A stretch of 64,000 nt of DNA from Catajapyx aquilonaris (Eukaryota), in the NCBI GenBank assembly GCA_000934665.2, contig JYFJ02000468.1, forward strand, positions 1 to 64,000, written 5' to 3'. Positions within the stretch are counted from its first letter, which is position 1. Every line of letters begins with the position of its first letter. A program made the translations under genes and the position numbers. Under the pieces are notes generated by a model. The model did not search any database, had not been told where the DNA came from, and saw nothing but the letters and a program-made list of their open reading frames with translations. This document shows, piece after piece, positions 51,444 to 62,702 of this stretch.

Positions 51444-52596
51444 TTTCGATATTAGTTGAGGCAAAACTGCTTGACAATATTCCAGTGGTCAGATAAGACA
51501 CCCAAGTCTCGTGAGAGGAAGTTAACGGACATGCTTGGGGATCGGAATATTACGTCATGAGGGATAGCTATAGCCTGAATAATTCATGTTGGGCTAGAAG
51601 TAGACGTGTCCAGTTGAGATTGTAGTTCAGGCTTAATCAGAATGCTCGTTGGAGTGCAACGCTGGCAACGCTGGGTTCAAGGACGAGAAATAGTAGTCAG
51701 GAAACCCAAGGTAGACATACAGCGTATGTTTTCAAAAATGGTCGATGACTTGTTATGGCGAGAGAGCAGCAATGTCTATCCTGTATAATATCATTGTGCT
51801 GCAATACTATACTGTATACAGTAAAATTGCCAAAAAATGTATTTATGTAATATGCTATTAAGAGGGTAAAACCTGTTTAGAGATGACCCTGGATCCAAGA
51901 AAAACTTGCTCATTACGAAAGGCTACGAAGAACTGTTCTTACTCAAGCAATTCTCAAGTAGGCCTACTGTATGGAACGGCTCGTAAAAATTACTGCTGCA
52001 AACTACTGACCCTGAGTAGGTAGAGTGTTGATGAACGGTATTTATGTAGCACAATGGATACGCAGAATGATATTTATGGTATATTGGATTATTTATACAT
52101 TTCTTCATATGCTAATCCCGTGTAGTACAAGTATTCCTTCGCAATCCTGGCTGTATGAACTCATTGCCAGTGAATTTTGAGAGTCAGCTCTATATAGGAA
52201 GGATATCTAGAAGATCCACGCGTAGAGATGAATAATTACCATAGACATTATTAAGTTCCACACACATGCAGCATTCGGAGCCACGGAGTATGAAAACCCA
52301 ATTTATACAGTACGGTAACCTGATAGATGCGCTATTTGGTTATTCGAGAACCGTTCATCAATAATCCTAGTAAGTTATATAAGGTTTTGATTATAATACG
52401 TCGTATTTTATGAACTCGACTGCTTTACCGAGAAGCTGGCCAGAAAGATCCGGTTCCTTATACTTTATTACCTTTGCTTCAATGCCAAGCAAGGACAACC
52501 CTCATCCATGCAGTATCCTACGTTAGCTGCTAGCATGGTTTTTATTTTTACCTTGTTTTCTGGCAGCCTATTCACACATTGATTCGTTCTTACTGC

Positions 52597-53336
52597 AGGA
52601 ACAGTTCCCGGGTGATAATGGCGGATCTTGATAAAACTTAACATGATAGTACAGGACATTATGATGACCAAAAATGAAATAATTCGGGCTCTGGCCCATA
52701 TTTTCAAAATTTATGACATGTTAAAGTGCCAAAAATAATAATACATTTTCATACAAAATGGAATTACATTAGCTACCACATAATTATAATGACATTGAAA
52801 TGTGTAAAAAGTTTTTAGATTTTTTTCTCATCAGAAAAAGTCCTTCCGAACGGCTCTGTCCGTCCGTCGGTCCGTCGCGTCAGTCCGTCCGTCTGTCTGT
52901 GGACAGGTATCAAGGCGCGACAAACGATTTTCATATCGGATTAAGAGTGACCTAAATAGGTTTCATGGTCACCTGAAGTTGACCATGAAACTTATTTGGG
53001 TCACGCTTAATCCGAATATGAAAACCGTTTGTCGCTATCTCTTACGGTTTAGGCTTTGATACCTGTCCACAGACGGACGGACGGACAGAGTCGTTCTATA
53101 AGACTTTTTCCCGACGAGAAAAAATCTAAAAACGGTTTACACAATTCAATGCCATTATATGTGGTCGCTAATGTAATACCATTGTGTATGAAAAATGTAT
53201 TATTTTTGGCACTTTAAGACGTCATAACTTTTGAAAATATGGGCCTCAAATATTTCATTTTTGGTATCATATATTGTCCTTAATTAGCATGTTAAGTTTC
53301 ATCAAAATGCGTCATTATCACCCGGGAATTGTCCCT
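52597..53336. mobile_element. About 740-bp foldback (fully palindromic) element
   Basis: Imperfect arms of about 370 bp centred near 52975, with (GTCC)n and (GGAC)n tracts in mirror positions. Confidence 0.85.
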
Positions 53337-53527
53337 TGAGAACCAAATAATTTTATTCATGGCTTTTTTAGGAGTGCTGGTCTTTTTTGCTCATTATTAA
53401 TATTAATGACGACCTTGTCCTTGTTTACTGACTCCTCTGGGAATTGTCCTTGACTGACTACTTATCAGGAGGTGTACGAGACCTCTTCCACTTTCATCAT
53501 TTTGAACTCCTCACTCAGCTGTGAAAG

Positions 53528-54625
53528 ATGGCACCCCAGTCACCTGCGGTTGAAGTGACCCAAGACAACCTCCAGGAGTGGGCGTTGGCCACAGCGACAT
53601 CGGCTCTGGACACCCCTTCCCTGGACGATCCTCCTCCAACATGGGTGGACAAGCAGAAGTTCAAAAGAGGGCGAGAATTTGCCGTCAGATACCTGGGAAT
53701 CATTAGCTTGACTGGCCTTGTCGGCTCGGCCGTTTCCTTCACCGTGGCCACCGTCGAAAAAGTGCTTGGCTACAACGGATCTTTCAAGTCTGTTCCAAAC
53801 TGCTATCGACGCATACGAGTCACAAAAGACCATATTTGGGCCTGGTGGATCGGAGATCTGTGGGATCCATCTGACAAGTCCTACAAGATGATGGCGAGTC
53901 TCCAGAAGTTGCACAAAAGAGTGGGCATCGTGGCCAACCAGAGGAAAGAGGAAGTGGATAGATTCACTATGGACACCACCACTGAACCCCAGGTCAGCAA
54001 AAAATGCGTCGCATGGCCTCTTCTGCAGAAGGACTGGCAGTCACTCAAATCCAAGGGATGGAACCAGCCAGCCTTCCAGTATCCTGATGACACCATGTAC
54101 ATGAGCCAGTTCGACATTGCTGCTGTCATCTTTGGTTTGGCAGCACCGACCGCGGGCTATCCGGAGAAGCTTGGTCTCCACAACGCCACCAAGGAAGATC
54201 TGGAGGGTTTCCTCCACTTGAATCGAGTCGTGGCCTACTATCTAGGGGTGGAGGACAGGTTCAACCCGTGCTCCGGAACCATCGAGGAATTCAGAGATTA
54301 TGTGTGGAAGTATTTCAGCAGCATAGTTCTCCCCTCATTCCAAAGCATGTCCAAGGAGAACGAGTTCTTCTTCAGGATCCACATGGAGGCCCTGGGGACG
54401 AGAAACGGGTTGATAAAACTATTGTCTCCGCCGCCAGAAACCATGTTTCTTCTGCTTGGCTGGACTTTTGATGTGGAAATGCCTATATTCTACAGCTCGG
54501 TCAGATGGCATGCTAAATTTTCCTTTTGGATTTTAAAATTTCTTATCTCTGTGCTTATGCGAACCTCTTTTGCCCGGACGATTGTTAACCACTTTGCGGA
54601 AGTAATGTTTGTGAAGAATTTTTGA
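53528..54625 (+). CDS. OX3: MpaB/Lcp-like (DUF2236) protein, 365 aa, coding-intronless
   Basis: Third intact paralog with the same length and motifs. Confidence 0.8.
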   Translation: MAPQSPAVEVTQDNLQEWALATATSALDTPSLDDPPPTWVDKQKFKRGREFAVRYLGIISLTGLVGSAVSFTVATVEKVLGYNGSFKSVPNCYRRIRVTKDHIWAWWIGDLWDPSDKSYKMMASLQKLHKRVGIVANQRKEEVDRFTMDTTTEPQVSKKCVAWPLLQKDWQSLKSKGWNQPAFQYPDDTMYMSQFDIAAVIFGLAAPTAGYPEKLGLHNATKEDLEGFLHLNRVVAYYLGVEDRFNPCSGTIEEFRDYVWKYFSSIVLPSFQSMSKENEFFFRIHMEALGTRNGLIKLLSPPPETMFLLLGWTFDVEMPIFYSSVRWHAKFSFWILKFLISVLMRTSFARTIVNHFAEVMFVKNF

Positions 54626-55139
54626 TTATTACATTTTTGTTTCCATAAGCTAGCTTGGCATTCAACGTAGTGTCATTTACTCTGTTATTATGGTGTGCTA
54701 CTAATTTGGTAATAAAGAAATAACTACAATTTTATGAAGGAAAAGAGTGCATAATTTTTTAATTTCCAGCCACTGTCATATGCCATTCTATGTAATATAA
54801 CAATATTCCGTCAGTAATCGGAGTGAGTCACACATGGTGCAGCAGCGATAAGGCATGAGCCTTTTAAGAAAGTCCTGAAGTGCGGAACGATCACTAAGAA
54901 ATGACTTTCAGGATCCTTTATTTTCAGTGCACTATTTTTAAAGCATTTTCCACTTGATGATGCTGTTTGTAATTCCTCCAGCTGAAACCTGATAATTCTA
55001 TTAAAAACATTCGCATTACATGTTAGTTCTTAATTCACTCTCGACCCAGCGGTTGGCATACTATAGGAACACTTTAGAAGCCAAACCTTCAGAAGTAGAT
55101 AGATCTGTAGAATCTGCTAGATCCGAAAAATAATAAATT

Positions 55140-55386
55140 GAGGGGTTGTGCGCACGAATGGACTAACAGCCAAAATCGTCGATTTTGAGTGAACAGCAGT
55201 TTCAAACGTAGAAAAATATCTTCTATTTTATGCACTAATTTTCAATATGATAACTCAACTCCTTCCTGTCTAAATTTAATTAGCACGCCGACTTTTTACA
55301 TTACGGACATATAGGGGATTTGTAACTTTAGGGCTAATTATCTCCATTCGCACCTCTCGGCGCTTAGTCCATACGCTCAACCCCTC
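55140..55386. mobile_element. MITE with GAG...CTC termini and AATT flanks (Sola-like)
   Basis: AATT|GAGGGGTTG...TGGACTAA and TTAGTCCA...CAACCCCTC|AATT. Absent from the paralogous site at about 47125. Confidence 0.7.
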
Positions 55387-56312
55387 AATTATTGTCCGTA
55401 TTTCATTCCACTTCCTAAAATGTTGATCAACATTATGTGTATATGCAATGTTGTATGTACAGAACCAATATTATTTTGTAGATCTAAGAATGTATTGCAT
55501 ATCCACAGTTACGCGTTCGATTATTCCATACCTGATCGGAACCGAAGATTTATTAATAATAGTTATTAGTTATAGTGTAATTTGTCACTGCATATTATTA
55601 CTTGATCGCTGGTATTGCTTTAAGAGATCTTACGATGGTCTCATTTTGAGAGGGCATTATTATAATGGAGACAGTAAGCTTAATACTATTTTTTTCGAAT
55701 TTTGCAGGAATTTAGAGTTTCCTCAATTACAGCTATGCATATAATCTTTTCTTCGTTTTGTTTTCCGAACAATGTTTATTACAATCATGCAATTTTTGGT
55801 GGAATTCATGGTAGCAATATGCCTCTCACAATCAGATGACAAGCAACGTGCCACCACTTCAGGGCCGGCTCCTTCTCTTATATACCTATATAATAGCGCC
55901 TAATAGCATGGCACATCGCTATTCTGGATTTTGCATACAGTGCAAAGTATATTGCCTTGTGGGTGTATACAGGTACACGCATTTAAAGAAAGATTACACC
56001 TTATTAGGAGAATTTCCCCCCAATATTATGAGGACATCAGGTCTGTATAGGAGCTATTATAGACAAATATGAAACACTTGCCAGCTAATGCAACCATTGC
56101 CATTGAAGTCAACATCCAAGGGGCAACAAAAGTGCAAGTGATGTGGTTTTATGGAGTATTACTGCCGTCATTTTCTCCTCACAAACATGAGAACTGAGTA
56201 ATAATATATACGTATAAATCAATAATTTTCGCCAACAACTTCTTTTTTTTGCATACCTTACTCATTTGAATGCACGCGTAGTTTTTCCGATGACGACTGG
56301 AGTACCGGTATA

Positions 56313-56660
56313 CAGGGTGTATAGGCTGTAATTTGGGGCATACTTCTAGGGTGTGTAGGGGATGACTATTAGAGAAGCAATTATTTGAGATGGTCGGAAT
56401 CCCATCCCAAAGGAGCTAGAAAGCCTCAAAGGTCCATTGTTGTAACAATAGTTAAATTGTTGCATGAAATTATTGTTTATAACAAATAAACAATGAGCAC
56501 AATGGAAAACACGACAATAATGGATTGTTACAACAATGGGCTTTGGGGGCTCCGTAGCTCCGTATATAGAGATGGGTTTCCGACCATGGGTGTCCTATCT
56601 CAAATTGCTTCTCTAGGCAGCCCCTACACACCCTAGAAATCTTTCCCAAATTACAGCGTA
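56313..56660. mobile_element. Tc1/mariner-like MITE inserted upstream of the truncated oxygenase copy
   Basis: TA|CAGGGTG start and long imperfect arms (GCTGTAATTTGGG...CTAGGGTGTGTAGGGG and CCCCTACACACCCTAG...CCCAAATTACAGC). The right terminus is eroded. Confidence 0.8.
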
Positions 56661-56710
56661 TAAGGAGGACTCCTCCATAGTTTATTATGCCTGAACACTA
56701 CTCGTACAAG

Positions 56711-56897
56711 ATGGCACAGTTCAAGTGACCCAATAAGACGACCTCCAGGAGTGGGCGTTGGCAACGACGACTCCGGCTTTGGACATCCCTTCTCTGGATG
56801 ACCCTCCTCCAATCTGGGTGGACAAGGAGAAGGTCAAAAGAGGGCAAGAATTTGCCGTCAAATACCTGGGAATCATCAGCCTGACTGGCCTCCTCTG
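56711..56897 (+). pseudogene. OX4: truncated oxygenase pseudogene
   Basis: Aligns to the first ~65 codons of OX1-3 with indels right after the ATG. Similarity ends abruptly near 56895. Confidence 0.9.
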
Positions 56898-57239
56898 AAA
56901 ATATTGTCTCTCCTGCCATTTTCTATAGTATAGTTTCATACTTTCATTCCTGTATCGCAATAAAAACACGCATCTCGTGGCCATTCATTGATAAGTATTA
57001 TGATTTCAGCCTCAGTGGAGGAACATCTCCTTTTGCAGTAGCTACATAGAGTCGCAGTATATTTTTAGGAAATAAAATGTGGGTTGAATCGTTCTTTCGG
57101 GGTTGAATCTGTATAGTAATAGTAAGTTTCAGGTGGTATAAGCAAGTTTAGCCTACAATATTTTATTTAAATTGTTGGGTAACAGGGGGAACATTTTGAA
57201 ATAGCTCTGTTATGTATAACATCACTATATAGCAGAGAT

Positions 57240-59513
57240 TTACTGTAACATTTGATAAGTGCTTCTTCTGGAAGGTCTTTTCCAAACACAAAATATTATA
57301 ATGAAAATTACAAATACCATATATGCCAATCCAATCAGAGCAATGGTCACGAAAGGATGGCTATCCACATCATTACCTGAAAAAAAAATATTTCATTAAC
57401 TGATACTATAAAAGTTATAATTTGACATTTCCCAATGGCTTTGATCGCCACGAGTAATTTTAGTGCATGTGCAGAAATTTAGGAGTAGAAGGAAACATCC
57501 TGCTGGTTTCCCAAACCAGTAGGCTATACATACCGGGGGTAGCTCAGAATAAGTCTTTCCAGCCAATTAATATTTACGGTTCATTTCAGTAAAAAGCACA
57601 GCATGCGATTATCTCCCTCGTATAACTATTATTATTTTTCCTAATTTTGTCTCATAAATTCGAAAGGGACGTGGGAATTTTCTCTACCACCAATAATATG
57701 TTATACTACTTTACCTGTCGGACTTCCAAAACATTCCTGATTCATACTAGCAGGAATATAAGTATTTAAACTACTAATGAAAGTTTCCATCGGACAGTCA
57801 AGGTCGCATCCCATAAAATGCAAAGGTATCGGTTCACTGTCTGTTCCGTTTCTGAACAGGATCTGAAATAAATTAATGTACTGTAGTATCATATAACTAT
57901 GAGGGGGACAGATTTTATTATTCAGGAGTAATATGTACCTGCGAGAACATGCTCATGCTGATCACATTTGAATAATTATGAAATTACTATGATTATAATC
58001 TGTTAGGGATATTATATAGTTATATAACTCACCCTGACGAAATACTCTTGTCCAGGCTTTTCGTATACTTCCGTCACTATGAAAGATCCACAAGGAGGAT
58101 CCCATGGCGTCTCGTAACCCATGCAAGTTAACAGGCTAAAAATATTGATATCATGTGCAGAATACAAAAACAAACGTGTTCCATTTAGTGTTCCTTCCTT
58201 AAGTTGAAGTAGGTGAGTCTTCCACTCTTCGAACATAGGACCTGCCAAACACAAGCTCCATATTAACACCTGTCCAGTTTCAGAAATGCATGAAAGAAGC
58301 TCTAAATGACGGTACACCCACCACATCTAATGTTTTTCATTCTAGTGGTGTAAGTAAAAGCCTCTTTGCAGTAAATGTCATCAAATGGATCCACCCAATC
58401 ATGATAAAATTCATACACCCAGGAAGGTGGAGTCATATTGTTTTTAACCTAATTAATGGAAAGGAATATAAACATATTGTAATTACTCTAATTATTATGA
58501 AAAGTAAGCATTCATAATACATGACTAAAATAAATACTTGGCTAAAAGTGTCAAGGATAGAGTGAAGAACGGTTCACATAAAGTTAAGATTCCCAACCAA
58601 CATGGCTAGACACTCCGATTAAAATAAAAACTATAACAATGAGAGGACAATCTGATCTACTCACCTGAATGTCGATTGTTTGCGAAAATAGCACTATGTC
58701 TTTTATGGTGACATCAGGTAATCCTGTCATAAACTTGAAATTCTCCAATTTAGTCAGATTTTCTTGCAGCAGCTTTTCTACTTCGGGGGAATTTATGAAT
58801 AGCTCTTGATCTTCTGAAAAAGCTGGGCATTCTGCATCATGGTATAGCAACTGCAATCATTGGCACCGGATTAGAATGAATGTCAATCTAGAAAAGATAA
58901 TTATATGTCACATTTGGCTTCCTACAATGTCTTCTTTGATGGGAACTGTGTGCACAGGAATGGGCTGCCACAGCAAATCCTCGTTCCAAACTTGGTCCTC
59001 CATAGGCGGGTAGAGACCAGCCAGGACACACTCTGCACTCATCAGATTCCGAGACTTGTCCGTGCTCCTGACTTTGACCGTTTCGTCCGAGAAAGGTCCC
59101 AAGAAGTGGTCGTATCTTGTCCTAATGTACTCACCCAGGCGAAACATACGCTGTTTGCCCATCTGCGTGATGAAACCAACTCTGCTATTAGACAAGATGG
59201 GTCGGAATTTTTTTCAATGGGAGAGTATATTATGGAAGCTATATACTACATTGTTCAGGGCTCCGAATCCTCCAGGCCAGTGAGATGCACTGGCATAAGG
59301 ATCGTTAGGTCCTACGTGTGTAGTGGGGTTGCGGTCACCATGCCGGAATATCTGACAAGTAAGACAACGATGGTTATTATAATGAACAGCAGCAACAAGA
59401 AAATCGGGTCTTACCAAATGCAGCAAAGCGAGTGACCCATTTTGTGAAGATTCCTGACTTATGACACCACATAAAAGCGAGAAGATTAAATAAAAAATCC
59501 CCACTGATGCCAT
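57240..59513 (-). CDS. AP10: histidine acid phosphatase, type I membrane form with YQML tail
   Basis: Signal exon MASVGIFYLIFSLLCGVIS, RHGDRNP, RSTDKSRNLMSA, SAHDI. Terminal exon FVTIALIGLAYMVFVIFIIIFCVWKRPSRRSTYQMLQ*. Confidence 0.88.
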
Positions 59514-59870
59514 GATTCCCAAACGATGACAGTTGTACTGTACACTCTATCCGGAATACTGAAGATGATAACTGATGAAAAATGTGGGCGATACAGCAGC
59601 ACAATGGTAACTTTATCGTGTTTCCCAGCTTAATTATGACATGATTGTATAAGGCTCTGCCCTTATAAATCGAGGTCGTAGATTTGCGACAGTGCATGAT
59701 AAGCTTATCTCTTTATTGAGATTATCACATAAACCCCCGCGTGTTGAACCCCGAAAATGCACCTTAACGGGCATCGTAAATCTCAATATTTTCAGACGTA
59801 CAGTATATGCAGGTTGTACTGAATATAATGCAAATTGGCATATTGAAGATGCACATGCTTATGTAATAGC

Positions 59871-60050
59871 GGAGGCATTGGTGGTGCAGTGGTTCGTGCC
59901 ACAGCCTTTCACCTCGAAGATCCCGTGTTCGATATCCGGGTAGGATAGATCATTTTCCCAAGTGGAAAAAGCGAGAAAAAGTTTAGGTGGGATCTCCCGT
60001 TTCCAATCAAAACCATTAGAGTGCAGTCACCAATAAAAATTGGGTGTTTA
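59871..60050 (+). mobile_element. tRNA-derived SINE or tRNA pseudogene
   Basis: GCATTGGTGGTGCAGTGG (tRNA-Gly-like 5' end, A box) and GTTCGATATCC (B-box-like). No pairing 3' acceptor stem. Confidence 0.6.
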
Positions 60051-60619
60051 TATGAGGAACCTGTTAAAGGATTATGAGTACCCACTTAATTATTATAAGT
60101 ACTGTATGCTTATATTTTTTTTGCGATTGGTGCCTGCATAGTACGTTGACGTCTGTTTGACTATCGTAATATCTGTATTTATTGGAAAACTCATTGATAA
60201 ACATACTACGTATAACTGCTCAGGATGGCGCTTTGCCAAAGTCCATGGTCCAAAAGTGGTAGGCTATACTGTACAGTATGTGAATAAATAAATGATTGTT
60301 TACCAACAGAAATAAGTTCAACAAGAGGCTGCAATTTGAAAAAACAGTGAGGGGCACAAGTACAGTAGCCTACAATCATGATACTACTTTTTTCTAAACT
60401 GGTTGCTGGAGCGAAGAAGGATGTTCAAAACTTATGCATGCTGTGCTAGCCTATTTAACTGCGCATTTTGGTAGGTACAGCCTCACTCAGTATGAAAGTA
60501 GTAAGCAGTAAGCAGTTCATAGTATAGCCAACATACGTATACAGTTACTGAATTATGCTTAGATATTGTAATTTTTGCCACATTTTATTTTGTGATATGA
60601 TCACTGTATAAAAAGATTA

Positions 60620-62702
60620 TTATAGGGTTTCATACGTGGCTTTAATTCTTTTTGACTTGGTTGGTCTTGCGGTCCATGCGCAAAATATTAGTCCCAGTGC
60701 AAAGGTAATAACCCCTAGGTACGAAAGTCCAGTCAAAATCATTGCCATGTAGTCAGAGCTTCTGGTTACATCTGAAAAGAGGATAATAATTTAGTATATC
60801 ATGTATAGGCTATTTACAAACAGCACCTTGTTATCGTTAGGGTATAATCAGTCTGAGTCAAGTCCTAATTTGAATTGATAATTTAATAAAACAAGGCCAA
60901 TAGTTTCTTCGTTTTGAGTAGTCTAATAATTATTTTTAAAACTTTCCATATATTATACCTATTTGACCTCCAAAGCAGGCATAATCCCAGTTTTCCGGTG
61001 TATTAGAATATAAATTAGAGATGAACTGTCCCACGGGACATTCAGGACCGCATCCCATTGGACTGAGTATCTGTGGCACACTGTCAGTACCATTCCGAAA
61101 TAAAATCTGAAATTAGTATAACATGTATTAAAAAGCAATGCGGTAACGAAATGATATCTTAGAAAATAATACACTCCTACGCGTCATATCTAGAAATCGG
61201 CTGGGAAGTGGGTCTTTTTAAGCTCACCAGTGAATCCTACGCATGTGATTTACTGAGCGATATTGGGCCAAATCCGTTATTATCGCGTTGCGATGTTCAA
61301 TTGTGAGTGAGGTAAAGGTTATTTTCATAGATTTGCCAATCAGCAGCCTGAAAAATATATTAGCCTATGCAGAAATTCTTACTCTGACGTGGTATCCTTG
61401 AGGATAACTTTTGTGTACTTCCATCATCAAGGATGATCCATAGGCAGGTATCGAAGGTGTAGTGGTGTATCCCATGCATTGCAATAGCTCAATAATGTTG
61501 AAATCGTGAGCAGAGTACGTGAAGAAACGCAAACCATTTAATTCTCCCTTTTGTAGCTGGTGTATGTGAGTCTGCCACTCTTTAAACATAGGACCTGCGA
61601 TACACATTTTGTCATCATTATTATTGAATCTGGCCGAATTAGGTGTCAATTGTACAGGTATAAACTATGCAAACCGCATCGGATGTTCCTCATTCTCGTC
61701 GTATACGTCCATATATTTTGATACATCAGATCAGAAAATGTGGACGTCCATTCTGGATAAAACTCATACACCCAAGAAGGAAGAGTCATGTTGTTCTCAA
61801 CCTAACCGCGACGAGAAAAGATATGCAAACTTATTATGTTGCATGCCTCTTGTTAAATATACAAGAATATGTCACCTCAATATTAATGGTGTCAATAAAA
61901 TTTCCAATGTTTATAATTGTTGCTTTTGGTGTTCCTGTCATTTCCTGGAAGCGCTCCAGTTTCGAGACATTCCTCTGCATAAGTTCAAGCACTTCAGGGC
62001 CGTATATAAACGAATCTTGATCTTGAACATAAGCCAGACATTCCGCATCAGTGTGCAGCAACTGTATATGGGACACAAAAATTCAGAGAGTCGCAAGATT
62101 GGCATTTGCAATGTCCTTACCCGATCTTCCTTGACTGGTACTGTGTGAATTGGAATTGGCTGCCATAGCAAGTTCTGGTTCCATATTTGGTCACCTTGTG
62201 GCTGGAAAAGACCTGCCAGAACGCATTCCACGCTCATGAGAGATCGTAGTACATCGGTGCTTCTGACAATAACAGTGGTGTCGGAGTAAGGACCTATGAA
62301 ATATCCATACCTCTCTCTGAGGTACTTGCCCAAGAGATACATGCGCATTTTGCCTGCCTGAATAAAGCAGAAACATTCAGTGCGGTCATATTTACACGAA
62401 GTGCTGCACTAATGTACTGTACTCTGTACATTATTAAGAGATCCTAATCCTCCAGGCCAATACGATTCGTTTCTGTACGGGTCATTTGGACCCGGTTGCT
62501 CGAGAGGATTTCTGTCTCCGTGCCGAAATAACTGGAATGTATAAAAGCACGTGTTATGTGCTGTGCTTGTCGATATGATGGAAGCGAAGTATAGGCTTAC
62601 CACATGAAGTAAGACGAGTGACTGGTTTTGTGAAGGATCTTCGCGTCCAAGTGATGGTCCACATAATAAGCAGCAAATAAGGGCTAGCACACTCTTATTC
62701 AT
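60620..62702 (-). CDS. AP11: histidine acid phosphatase, type I membrane form with terminal YETL
   Basis: Signal exon MNKSVLALICCLLCGPSLG, RHGDRNP, RSTDVLRSLMSV, SAHDF. Terminal exon MILTGLSYLGVITFALGLIFCAW...KATYETL*. Confidence 0.88.

Noticed and set aside
37192..54625. OX1-3 as an assembly artefact (uncollapsed haplotypes)
   Set aside because: The copies have many distinct substitutions, different 5' flanks and copy-specific insertions, though read depth should still be checked.
59875..59945. Functional tRNA gene, also considered at 7253-7320
   Set aside because: The acceptor stems do not pair and the sequences continue into SINE-like bodies.
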